64,000 nucleotides of DNA. It comes from an uncultured Actinomycetes bacterium (GTDB lineage: Bacteria > Actinomycetota > Thermoleophilia > UBA2241). The DNA lies in contig CAVYCN010000014.1 of NCBI GenBank assembly GCA_963767005.1, forward strand, positions 19,185 to 83,184, given 5' to 3'. Below the pieces are notes generated by a model. The model was not told where the DNA came from. It saw only the letters and a program-made list of their open reading frames with translations, and ran no database searches. Positions 28,480 through 37,391 of the stretch are shown here, in pieces; positions within the stretch are counted from its first letter, which is position 1, and the number at the start of each line of letters is the position of its first letter. The translations under genes and the position numbers were made by a program.

Positions 28480-28974
28480 ATGAAGACCGCCGTCGCCTTC
28501 GTCCACATCTTCTTCGCCACCGTCTGGCTCGGCGGCTCGTTCTTCTACGCCGTGGTGCTGCTGCCCCGCCTGGCCGTGCTCGAACCGGCCGGGCGGCTGG
28601 CCCTGCGGCGCTCGCTGCGCGCCGTCGTGACGCCGCTGCTCGCGGCGAGCGCCGCCATCACGATCGTGAGCGGCCTCGTCATGATGGTCCAGCTTCACGC
28701 CCTGCACCCCGGCAGTTTCTCGCACAGCCGCTGGGGTCAGGCGCTGATCGCCGGCACGCTGGCCTCGGTCGCCGCCCTCGTGGTCGCCGTCGTCGCCGAG
28801 TCGGGCGCGCGGCGGGTCGAGGCCGCGCCGGCGACGGCCGGGGCGTCAGAGGCCGCGGCCGACGCCGGCGCGGCGGACGGCGCCGGCGGCCCTCACGAGA
28901 CCGCCCTGCGGGCCGTCGGGCTCGCCCTGCTCGTGGCCGCGCTCGCCACCATGGCGCTCGCGCGGTACAGCTGA
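28480..28974 (+). CDS. 4-TM membrane protein (CopD-like N-terminus)
   Basis: VHIFFATVWLGG. Confidence 0.65.
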   Translation: MKTAVAFVHIFFATVWLGGSFFYAVVLLPRLAVLEPAGRLALRRSLRAVVTPLLAASAAITIVSGLVMMVQLHALHPGSFSHSRWGQALIAGTLASVAALVVAVVAESGARRVEAAPATAGASEAAADAGAADGAGGPHETALRAVGLALLVAALATMALARYS

Positions 28975-29016
28975 CCTGATAGGCACGGGGCTGGAGGGGG
29001 TAGGCTCGGAGGCGCG

Positions 29017-29532
29017 ATGGTAGAGACGGGGGTCACAGAGACGCGCACCTGGTATGACACGATCACGCCGCGCGCCGGCGTGGGGGTGCAGCTCGTCTCG
29101 GGCGCGGCGCTCTGGCTCGTCGCGACCGGCATCCTCGTCGTGCGCGGCGTTCTGTTCATCGAGCGCCCCGGCTCGCCCTTCAGCGTCTGGATCCTGCCGA
29201 TCGCGGCCGTCGCGATCGCGCTCGGTGCCGTCAAGGCGCGCCTGATCCTGCTGCCGTACGCAGGCCGTGCGGTCGCCCGCATCGAGGGACGCGGTCGCGC
29301 CTGCTACTTCGGCTTCTTCGCGCCGAAGTCGTGGCTCTTCGTGGCGGGCATGATGGGCGGGGGGATGTGGCTGCGATCGACGGCGCTCGTCGACCACTGG
29401 TGGGGAAGGGTCGGTCTGGCGACGCTCTACCTGGCGGTGGGCACCGCGCTGGCGCTGGCAGATCGCGTCTTCTGGGCGGCGGTGGTGCGCCGCGGACGCC
29501 GTCCTGTCAGCAATCGTCGCCCCATTTCTTGA
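29017..29532 (+). CDS. Hypothetical 4-TM membrane protein
   Basis: Hydrophobic helices, C.FGFF..KSW..V..M motif; GGAGG RBS. Confidence 0.7.
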   Translation: MVETGVTETRTWYDTITPRAGVGVQLVSGAALWLVATGILVVRGVLFIERPGSPFSVWILPIAAVAIALGAVKARLILLPYAGRAVARIEGRGRACYFGFFAPKSWLFVAGMMGGGMWLRSTALVDHWWGRVGLATLYLAVGTALALADRVFWAAVVRRGRRPVSNRRPIS

Positions 29533-29859
29533 AGGTGACGGGCAAGCCGATCGCCGCCTGCCCCAAGTCTCCTGCCGCTGACCCCATGTCGTTCTCCCCC
29601 GAACGTTCCTTGCGCGAAAGGCCCCCTCTACGACGACCCGGGCGCCTCTGTCTGACTGGTCGAGCGTAGCCTGACAGGCCGCCGGAGGGCGGTCTACGGA
29701 ACGAATGTCTAGGCGCGGGACGCCGCGTCGCTCGCGACGCGCCCCCAGGGGGTACATCCGTCTAGTCGCCTTCGGTCTGGCCGGTCCGCTGCCGAGCCTT
29801 GAAGGAGAGGAAGTCACGCGACGCCCGGACGTCCGGGTCGGGGAGGTGCTCGAGGGCAG

Positions 29860-30645
29860 ATGGCGGAGTGGCGGTTCCGCGACGGCGGCGGTTGCTATGC
29901 GGGCAGTGAGGCGATCGAGCGCGCCCTCGAGGCCGATGGACGAAGGACCCTGACTCACGGCAGCCTGCTGCTCGAGCTCAGTCACGAGGACAGGCCGCGG
30001 CGGCAGCCGCCAGTGGCGCTCGAGCGGCGCCTGACCCTGGCGGTCACGGCGCTGGACTGGGCCGGTGTGCGGGTGGTGGGGGAGGGGCCCGCCGCCTGGC
30101 GGAGCGACCCCATCCCGCTGCTCGGCCACAAGAAGCGGTCGCGCCGACCCCAGCGAGTGAACGACGTGCTGCTGGGGGTCGCCGGCCGGAGCTTCTTCGC
30201 CACCGTGCACGACGAGCTGCATCGTCGCCAGGACGGCGGTCAGATGACGACGCGTCCCCTTGCCGCACCCGTGACACACGAGATCGTCGCTCCGGCCGCG
30301 GAGCCCGTCGTCGAGATCCGCGTGCGGCGGGCCGCGCCGGTCGTCGAGACGGTCGAGCCGGCCGTGCGGCGGGCCGCGACGGTCGTCGAGACGGTCGTCG
30401 AGGCATTCGTTCCGCCGGTCGCCGCGCCGGTCGTCGAGGCGCCCCGGTCGGCCGCGACCGTGCTCGCAGTGCGCTGCAAGTCGTGTGGCGCGCCCTTCCA
30501 GACGCCGGTCCAGTTCGACGAGGAGAGCCTGCGCACGGTGGAGCTGCCGACCCGCGCGTACCGCTGTCCGCGCTGTCGTCGCACCGAAGAGTACGGGCGC
30601 GACGACCACACGCTGTCGGCCTACCCGCTGTCGGTCGAGGCCTGA
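29860..30645 (+). CDS. Hypothetical protein with C-terminal zinc ribbon
   Basis: CKSC...CPRC after a V/E/P/A-rich repeated linker. Confidence 0.6.
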   Translation: MAEWRFRDGGGCYAGSEAIERALEADGRRTLTHGSLLLELSHEDRPRRQPPVALERRLTLAVTALDWAGVRVVGEGPAAWRSDPIPLLGHKKRSRRPQRVNDVLLGVAGRSFFATVHDELHRRQDGGQMTTRPLAAPVTHEIVAPAAEPVVEIRVRRAAPVVETVEPAVRRAATVVETVVEAFVPPVAAPVVEAPRSAATVLAVRCKSCGAPFQTPVQFDEESLRTVELPTRAYRCPRCRRTEEYGRDDHTLSAYPLSVEA

Positions 30646-30685
30646 GCGGCGGCGCCGCGGCCGGCGCGCGTCGCGCCTCCCGCCG

Positions 30686-32995
30686 TCACCTGCCGCGCTT
30701 CGACAGCCAGGTCTCCTTGGTGACGAGGCCGTCGCTGAAGGCGAGCACGCGGTTGCGGCCGGCCCGCTTGGCCGCGTACATCGCCCAGTCGGCCTTGTCG
30801 AGGAGCTCGTCCTTGGCGGAGGCGTCGTCGGGGAAGGTCGCCACGCCGACGCTCACCGACAGCCTCCGACCGCCCGTCTCGCAGGACCGTTCGACGTCGG
30901 CGCGGATGCGCTCGGCGGCCTTGAGGGCGCCGTCGGTGTCAGTGTCGACCAGCACCAGGACCAGCTCCTCGCCGCCGTAGCGGGCGGCCAGGTCGACGCG
31001 CCGGCCGACCGCTTCGATCACCCGGGCGACGCGGGTGAGCGCCTCGTCGCCGGCCTTGTGACCCCAGGTGTCGTTGTAGACCTTGAACTGGTCGCAGTCG
31101 CAGAACAGCAGCGACAGACGGGTCTTCTGGCGGCGGGCGCGCTCGATCTCTTCTTCGAGCCGTTCGTGCAGGTAGCGGTGGTTGTAGAGGCCGGTGAGGC
31201 CGTCGGTGATGGCCTCGACCTCGGCCCGGCTGAAGCGGATGGCGGCGGCGCGGAGCATGGCGGTCAGCGGATGGCTGCGCTCGACCTGTCGCGACCAGTC
31301 CGCGGCGGCGACGGCCGGGATGTCGACGTTGAGCGCGCCGACCGCGCGGCCGTCGCGGTCGCGCAGGGGCACCATGCCCGAGACCCACACGCCGAAGTCG
31401 TCGGCCGTGAGGATGTTCGAGATCATCTCCTCGCCGGAGAACACGCGGACGAGCTCGTCCTCGGCCAGCCAGGGGTCGCCGCAGTGCGACACGTCGCTCG
31501 TGGCCTCGCCCGTGTCGAGCACCGTGATGCAGCCGTCGGGTGTCATGGCGAAGCTCGTGATGAAGCGCACCGGCGCGTGGGTGTCGCGAAAGGCGCGCAG
31601 CGTATCGACCATCTCGCGGTACTCGGGCCGCTCCTCGTCGGCGCGGCTGCGTAGCAGGGTGTGCCGGGCGGGGTCGATCAGGCGGGCGGCCTGGGCGGCG
31701 AGCTCGGCGGCCTGGTTGCGCCGGCCGCGGAGCTGGCGCAGCACGCGGCGGAACGCCTCGACCATCTCGGGGTCGAACTGCGTGCCGGCGCAGCGCCGCA
31801 GCTCGGCGAGGCACTGGCGATAGGACAGGGCACGGCGGTAGGGCCGCCGGCACGACATCGCGTCGTAGCAGTCGACCACGCACATCGCCCGGGCCACGAG
31901 CGGGATCGCCGCGCCGGCGAGGTGATCGGGGTATCCCGAGCCGTCGAAGCGCTCGTGGTGGTGGCGCACGCCGGCGACGAGCTCGTCGTCGAACAGCGGC
32001 CGCACGATCTCGGCCGAGATGCCGGGGTGCTGGCGCATGAGCTCCCACTCCTCGGAGGTCAGCGGACCGGCCTTGAGCAGCACGCGGTCGGAGACGCCGA
32101 TCTTGCCGATGTCGTGGCAGAAGGCGGCGTCCTGCAGGGCGGCGAGGCGCTCCTCGGGCCAACCCAGCTCCTGGCCGAGCATCGTCATGTAGGCGGCGAC
32201 GCGGCCGGCGTGACCGAGCGTGTAGTAGTCCTTGGCCGACAGCGCCGACGAGAGCGCCCGCAGGTTGGCCAGGTGCAGGCGCTTGACCTCGTCGTAGAGC
32301 TGGGCGTGCTCGATCGCCAGGGCGACGAGGCGGGCGACGGCCTCGCCCGTGGCGAGCTCGTCGGCGGTGAAGCGGCGCTCGACTCGGTCGAGCACGGTGA
32401 CGAGGCCGATCATCTTCTCGTGGGCGATCAGCGGCAAGTCGACCTGGCTGTGCATGCCGTAGCTCGCCATGCTGTCGCGTTCCGCGCGACCGAGGAGCGG
32501 GTCGTCGAGGCTCGCGGTGGGGATGGGGCGCCGCATCTGGATGGTGCGCAGCTTGCTCGGCCACTCGGCCAGCGCCAGGCGCTGGCCGAGCCAGGTCGCA
32601 TCGACGGCGCCGTCGGTCACCGAGGCGATACAGAGCAGGTGGTCGTCGCCGTCGAGCCGGTAGATGTTGCAATCGGGCACGGCGAGCGCCGTGGACAGGC
32701 GCCGCGCGGCCGACACCAGGACCTCCGGGAGCTCGAGGCTCGAGGCGAGCTCGACACTGGTCTCGAACAGCAGACGGTAGAGGCGAGGATCGTTCGCCAC
32801 CGGCTCCAGGGCAGCGTCCGCGGGGAGCGCGGCGTCGAGGTCGTGGCGGTCGAACCGGCGCTGGCCGGTGGGCGTGCGGCGGCTGGGGATACGGCCCTCG
32901 TCGGCCCAGCGCCGCACGGTGGACGCACTCACGCCGAGCAGGTCAGCAGCCTGCTGTACGCGCAGGGGCCGTCGGGTGTCGAGACTCGCCCTCAT
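30686..32995 (-). CDS. MerR/Xis-type HTH + GAF + HD-GYP + Cache-like + GGDEF c-di-GMP enzyme
   Basis: AADLLGVSASTVRRWADEGRI..RTPTGQRRF; GAF; HDIGK...HHERFDGSGYP; DGLTGLYN...RRVDLAARYGGEEL. Confidence 0.88.
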   Translation of the reverse strand: MRASLDTRRPLRVQQAADLLGVSASTVRRWADEGRIPSRRTPTGQRRFDRHDLDAALPADAALEPVANDPRLYRLLFETSVELASSLELPEVLVSAARRLSTALAVPDCNIYRLDGDDHLLCIASVTDGAVDATWLGQRLALAEWPSKLRTIQMRRPIPTASLDDPLLGRAERDSMASYGMHSQVDLPLIAHEKMIGLVTVLDRVERRFTADELATGEAVARLVALAIEHAQLYDEVKRLHLANLRALSSALSAKDYYTLGHAGRVAAYMTMLGQELGWPEERLAALQDAAFCHDIGKIGVSDRVLLKAGPLTSEEWELMRQHPGISAEIVRPLFDDELVAGVRHHHERFDGSGYPDHLAGAAIPLVARAMCVVDCYDAMSCRRPYRRALSYRQCLAELRRCAGTQFDPEMVEAFRRVLRQLRGRRNQAAELAAQAARLIDPARHTLLRSRADEERPEYREMVDTLRAFRDTHAPVRFITSFAMTPDGCITVLDTGEATSDVSHCGDPWLAEDELVRVFSGEEMISNILTADDFGVWVSGMVPLRDRDGRAVGALNVDIPAVAAADWSRQVERSHPLTAMLRAAAIRFSRAEVEAITDGLTGLYNHRYLHERLEEEIERARRQKTRLSLLFCDCDQFKVYNDTWGHKAGDEALTRVARVIEAVGRRVDLAARYGGEELVLVLVDTDTDGALKAAERIRADVERSCETGGRRLSVSVGVATFPDDASAKDELLDKADWAMYAAKRAGRNRVLAFSDGLVTKETWLSKRGR

Positions 32996-33076
32996 CCACG
33001 GAGAGGTATCGGCTCGTCACCCTCTGTTCTTGACCACTCCTGTCAGGGTCGTAGGCCCGAGACCGACGTGTCTCCG

Positions 33077-33736
33077 TCAGACGTACGACCGCACCGCGCG
33101 CCAGAGGCCGCCGGGCCGGAAGTGAAGGTAGGTCGTGTGCTCGAGCACGAGCCGGTCGTCGCCCTGGAAGACGCCCGGCACGTGGCCGCGGTGCAGGCGG
33201 ATCGACGCGTAATGCTCCGGCGCCACCGACGTCGCCCGGCGGTGGACCTCGTTGCCCTGCCACAGCTCAGGGCCATCGGGTCGGGCGAAGAGGATCAGGT
33301 TGCCGTAGCGGCCGTGCTCCGCGCCCAGGTCGTAGTAGCTGAGCAACCCGAGCCCGGCGTAGCGCGGGAAGGTGTCCACGAGCTCGGCTTCGAGCTCGAA
33401 GAGCGCCGTGTGGTCGACGCCCGTGCGGAGCTGGCCGAAGAAGCCCACGAAGCTGGCGTCGCGGGCGACCGCGAGTGCGTCCCAGTCGGGCACGACGAGA
33501 TATTGGCGGCGCGACTCCTCGTCGCTGCGCCCGGGCAGGGCGATCGTGCCGTCGGCCACCCAGCGCCGCACGATCGCGCGCTCCCGGGCGAGCATCGTCG
33601 CCAGGACGGCGAGGTCGGCCCGCGTGGCGCCTACGCCCGCGAAACTGTGGCCGCGGGCGGCGTCGCGCGGCCCGTAGCGCACGATCTCGGAGCCCATCGT
33701 GCCGCTTGCGCTGTCGGCCATCGGACGCTGCTTCAT
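33077..33736 (-). CDS. Hypothetical protein (possible dimeric alpha+beta barrel fold)
   Basis: FVGFFGQ...LLSYY...YGNLILF...W...VHRRA...HYASIRLH. Confidence 0.7.
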   Translation of the reverse strand: MKQRPMADSASGTMGSEIVRYGPRDAARGHSFAGVGATRADLAVLATMLARERAIVRRWVADGTIALPGRSDEESRRQYLVVPDWDALAVARDASFVGFFGQLRTGVDHTALFELEAELVDTFPRYAGLGLLSYYDLGAEHGRYGNLILFARPDGPELWQGNEVHRRATSVAPEHYASIRLHRGHVPGVFQGDDRLVLEHTTYLHFRPGGLWRAVRSYV

Positions 33737-33841
33737 CGGGCCGCCGACCTCCTTCCTGCGCTGCAGTTGTTGCAGGGTCTCGGCGGCGGCAAACCAGGGG
33801 CGGCCGTTGGCCGGCGTCCGGCCTCGTGCAGGGATGCGCCC

Positions 33842-34366
33842 TCAGGCCGGCAGAGGGCGCACCGGGTAGCGGATGACGGTCTTCATCTGCTTCGCCTCGG
33901 GGCGCGACAGGTACTCTTCTTCGTGGGCGCCGGCGATCTCGTGGCCGCTCTTCGCGATGAAGGCGCGCAGCCGCTCGACGGTCGGCACCTCGCCGGCGTA
34001 GGGGCCGAGGTGGAGGATGTGGGCGACGGTGCCGTACTCCCAGGTCTCGAGCGCGACCGGCACGTCCGGGACAGTCTGAGGCAGCTCGTCGGTCTCGTCG
34101 GGCACGGGGATGCCCCACAGCCCGACCCACTGGTCGCGCGGCGTGTCGAACGGCAGCGGCCAGCGCGCCCGCGGCGGCCCGATCCTGTACTCGACACCGC
34201 GCGGCTTGAGCACCGTGAACTTGAGCGTGTACACCGCTCCGAAGAGGGCGGGGAAGACCTGACCGCCGGTCTCGTTCGGATCGCCCACGGCGCGCACTAC
34301 CGCCATCTTCTGGGACGGCATCTCGCAGAGCGCCGGCTTCTGACGGACGCCGAACGGTAGCGCCAT
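33842..34366 (-). CDS. GyrI-like small-molecule binding protein
   Basis: GDPN...ALFGAVYTLKF...ILHLGPYAGE..TV...HEEEYLSRP...KTVIRYPV. Confidence 0.85.
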   Translation of the reverse strand: MALPFGVRQKPALCEMPSQKMAVVRAVGDPNETGGQVFPALFGAVYTLKFTVLKPRGVEYRIGPPRARWPLPFDTPRDQWVGLWGIPVPDETDELPQTVPDVPVALETWEYGTVAHILHLGPYAGEVPTVERLRAFIAKSGHEIAGAHEEEYLSRPEAKQMKTVIRYPVRPLPA

Positions 34367-34385
34367 GGCTCCCCCTCCGGACAGC

Positions 34386-34847
34386 CTAGGCTGCCGGCAG
34401 GCGCTTCTCGAGCACGAGCATGTCGGGCCGGTCGGCGACCGGCCGGGGCACGAACTCGTGCCCGCTGTAGAGATGCCGCGAGGGCTCGTCGGCGGCCGGC
34501 ACGAAGGCTTGCAGCCGGTCGACACGCTCCGCGAAGGCGATGCCCTCGACCCAGGCGACGAGCTGATGGGCGACGGCCTGGGCCTCGTGGGCCGGGCTGA
34601 CGCAGAGGCAGCGGACCTCGAGCGCCTCGGGGCCGCGCTCGACGGCGACGTAGCCGGCGATCTCGCCGGCGGTCTCGGCGACGTACACGTCGGCCGTGGC
34701 GAGCAGCTCGAGGACCTGGTCGGGGCGGTAGAGGTCGGGGTGGCCGAAACCGGCGGCGAGCGGCTGCAGGGTCTCCTGGGCGAGGTAGAGGAGCATGCTC
34801 TCGTCGCCGCTTCGCAGGGCACGGATGTCGACCTTCACGCGTGTCAT
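34386..34847 (-). CDS. GNAT family acetyltransferase
   Basis: YVAETAGEIAGYV...LCVSPAHEAQAVAHQLV...HLY motif pattern. Confidence 0.75.
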   Translation of the reverse strand: MTRVKVDIRALRSGDESMLLYLAQETLQPLAAGFGHPDLYRPDQVLELLATADVYVAETAGEIAGYVAVERGPEALEVRCLCVSPAHEAQAVAHQLVAWVEGIAFAERVDRLQAFVPAADEPSRHLYSGHEFVPRPVADRPDMLVLEKRLPAA

Positions 34848-35911
34848 GTCCACCCTCCCGGCTGGTCGATCATGTCCTCTTCCTGATGGATTGTATACCG
34901 CAGTGTCGCCCAGATGGTGATGCTCACGGCGAGGCCGATCAGCGCCTCGAGCTGCTCGAGGTAGAAGGCGAAGACCTGGCCGATGAAGATCGACAGCAGG
35001 GCGGCGCGCAGGAACCAGCGATAGGCGGCGAGGCGCGAGCGGCGCAGCGCGACGATCCCCATGACGACGAGGGCGCCGACGCCGAGCGAGGCCGCGAGCG
35101 AGCCGGTGCGGGCGAACTGCAGGGCGCTGTGGGTCACGGTGCGGAGGCTCACGTCGGGCGTCTCGGCGAGCTCGGCGACGCGCAGCACGCCCTCGACGAA
35201 CGACACGAGCGAGGCCGCGACGAAGACGGCCACGACGACGCCGCCGAACCACGGACGGGCCACCGCCTCGCGGTAGAAGCGGTCGAGACGCCGGCGTACG
35301 AGGACGACCCAGTGGGGCGCGGGATCGGGCACCGGCTCGACGCGGTGCAGGACCGCGGTGAGCGCGCCGACCAGAGGCTCGTCCTGGTCGCAGCGCGCGA
35401 GCAGCGCCAGGGCGCGCTGCTTCTCCTCGACGTCGAGGTCGCGGATGACGGCTTCTTTGGTGAGCTCGAGAGCGTTGGCGAGGCTCGCTTCGGGCGAGCG
35501 CGGCCCATGGCTCGACAGGCGCCGGAACACGAGCACGAGCACGACGAAGATGATGTAGATGAGCGCGATCGTCGGCCGGAAGAAGTAGTCGCTGTTGCGG
35601 GTGATGACCTTGCCGAGCTCGTCGACGCACACGCCGAAGCCGGCGCCGCCCATGACGGCGGCGATCTCGGCCGACAGCCGGCTGAGCGAGACCAGCAGCA
35701 TGACGATCGCCGCCAGCATGCCGGCGCCGCCCCACACCATGTGCGAGATGTGCAGATGAGAGCCGCCCAGCGTCGGGTAGGCGCTCACGGCCAGGATGAA
35801 CCGCACGATGAGCAGCGCCGTGACGGCGGCCACGAGGAACGCTTCGAGCAGGCCGCCGGCGTCGTAGCGCAGCACGAGCATGTGCCGGCGGAAGGGGTTC
35901 AGGCGGGCCAT
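34844..35911 (-). CDS. Uncharacterised polytopic membrane protein
   Basis: HLHISHMVWGG and GFGVCVDELGK...DYFFRP motifs; about 9 TM. Confidence 0.8.
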   Translation of the reverse strand: MARLNPFRRHMLVLRYDAGGLLEAFLVAAVTALLIVRFILAVSAYPTLGGSHLHISHMVWGGAGMLAAIVMLLVSLSRLSAEIAAVMGGAGFGVCVDELGKVITRNSDYFFRPTIALIYIIFVVLVLVFRRLSSHGPRSPEASLANALELTKEAVIRDLDVEEKQRALALLARCDQDEPLVGALTAVLHRVEPVPDPAPHWVVLVRRRLDRFYREAVARPWFGGVVVAVFVAASLVSFVEGVLRVAELAETPDVSLRTVTHSALQFARTGSLAASLGVGALVVMGIVALRRSRLAAYRWFLRAALLSIFIGQVFAFYLEQLEALIGLAVSITIWATLRYTIHQEEDMIDQPGGWT

Positions 35912-35964
35912 CGCGGCCCTTCTGTCTTGTCTTGGGTCAGGCGGGCCATGGCCGCCCTCTCGCG

Positions 35965-36804
35965 TCAGAACGGGTAGGAGCCCAGGACCTTCAGCCAGGT
36001 GAGCTTGCAGCCGAGGCACTTGAGGGCCTGGGCGATCGGCGGGTCGGTGACCCGGCCGACCATGTCGATGAAGAAGATGTAGTCGCCGAGGCCCTGCTTG
36101 GAGGGCCGCGACTCGACCTTCGTCAGGTTCACGTAACGGTAGGCGAACTCGGACAGGATCATGAGCAGGCTGCCGGGCTGATCCTGGTCGATGCCGCAGA
36201 CAATGCTCGTCTTGCAGGCGACGCTCGGGTCGAGCGGCGCTTCGTCGCGGCTCACGAAGACGAAGCGCGTGCGGTTGTCGGCGGCGTCCTCGATGTCGTC
36301 GGCCACGACGACGCACTCGTACATGTCGGCGGCCAGGCGGTTGCCGATCGCCACCCAGGGGCGGTCGACGCGGCTCACGCGGCGCACGGCCTCGGCCGTC
36401 GAGTCGGTGGCCTCGTGCTCGACGCCGTCGAGGTGCTCGCGGATGAACTCGCGGCACTGTCCGTAGGCGTGCGGGATGCTGACGATCTTGGTCACGCGCT
36501 CGAGCTCGACGGGGCGGCGGGCGACGAGCTGCTGGTGCACCTGCCAAGTGACCTCACGCACGATGCGCAGCTCGTCGAAGCCGAAGGCAAGGCTGTCGAG
36601 GGTGACCACGACTGAGCCTTCGATCGAGTTCTCGATGGGCACGATGCCGAGTGGCGCCTCGCCCGATTGCACCGCCTTGAGCACCTCGCTGATCGACGGG
36701 TAAGGGAAGGGGTGGTAGTCGCCGGCCGGCATGTTGGCCAGCAGGACCTCTTCGCTGAAGGTGCCCTCGGGGCCGAGGAAGGCCACCGGTCGCGAGACGG
36801 TCAC
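35965..36804 (-). CDS. pheA: Prephenate dehydratase
   Basis: FLGPEGTFSE, VPIENSIEGSV, NRTRF, VNLTKVESRPSK, LGSYP. Confidence 0.95.
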   Translation of the reverse strand: MTVSRPVAFLGPEGTFSEEVLLANMPAGDYHPFPYPSISEVLKAVQSGEAPLGIVPIENSIEGSVVVTLDSLAFGFDELRIVREVTWQVHQQLVARRPVELERVTKIVSIPHAYGQCREFIREHLDGVEHEATDSTAEAVRRVSRVDRPWVAIGNRLAADMYECVVVADDIEDAADNRTRFVFVSRDEAPLDPSVACKTSIVCGIDQDQPGSLLMILSEFAYRYVNLTKVESRPSKQGLGDYIFFIDMVGRVTDPPIAQALKCLGCKLTWLKVLGSYPF

Positions 36805-37385
36805 AGGCGCTCCTCGGGAGCGTCGTCGGCCGGCGGCGGGGCGAGCGGCTCGGTCGGCGCCGGCGGCACGCCGGGACCGGCGGCCGCCGGCTTGCCGGTC
36901 CAGCCGGCGAGGGCCTGCTCGACCACGGTGACCTCTTCGGGCGACAGCGCCCTGTCGGGCACCGAGCGGCGCAGCTCCTTGACGTAGATGCGGGCGTAGT
37001 CGCGCGAGTGGATCATGCTGATCACGAGGCCCGACGCCGTCTCGTCGAGCAGCGCGATCGAGGCGCTCTGCTCGCCGCCGATGTCGCGGAAGGCGTCGTA
37101 GCGCACGATCGAGCGGCGCGAGAAGGTGCGGTCGAGGTCGGCGCGCTGCGCCGTGATCACGCCGTCGAGGGCGGCCACGGCGTCGCGCAGGTTGCGCACC
37201 TGCTCCTCGAGGTCCTGGGCGTGGCCCACCAGGTCACGCTCGCCGTGGACGCCGAGCACCGCGACCTGGGCGCGCCGCAGACGGCGCAGGCCGCTCGCGA
37301 GTCGCACGACCAGCACGAGCAGGACCACGCCGAGCACGGCGGCGCCCAGCGCCAGATAGGGGGCGATGTCACGCAGATCCTGCAT
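36801..37385 (-). CDS. DUF4446 family protein
   Basis: N-terminal TM plus coiled coil; VRYDAF.DIGGEQS.SIALLD....GLVIS.IHSR...RIYVK. Confidence 0.85.
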   Translation of the reverse strand: MQDLRDIAPYLALGAAVLGVVLLVLVVRLASGLRRLRRAQVAVLGVHGERDLVGHAQDLEEQVRNLRDAVAALDGVITAQRADLDRTFSRRSIVRYDAFRDIGGEQSASIALLDETASGLVISMIHSRDYARIYVKELRRSVPDRALSPEEVTVVEQALAGWTGKPAAAGPGVPPAPTEPLAPPPADDAPEERL

Positions 37386-37391
37386 GGGGCC

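Noticed and set aside
29560-29860. c-di-GMP or c-di-AMP riboswitch near the GGDEF gene
   Set aside because: The GEMM and ydaO consensus elements were not found by eye
31661-34360. 899-aa plus-strand ORF and similar long antisense ORFs (e.g. 8224-10770, 15647-18049, 55723-58296)
   Set aside because: Antisense shadows of well-supported genes, with no recognisable motifs
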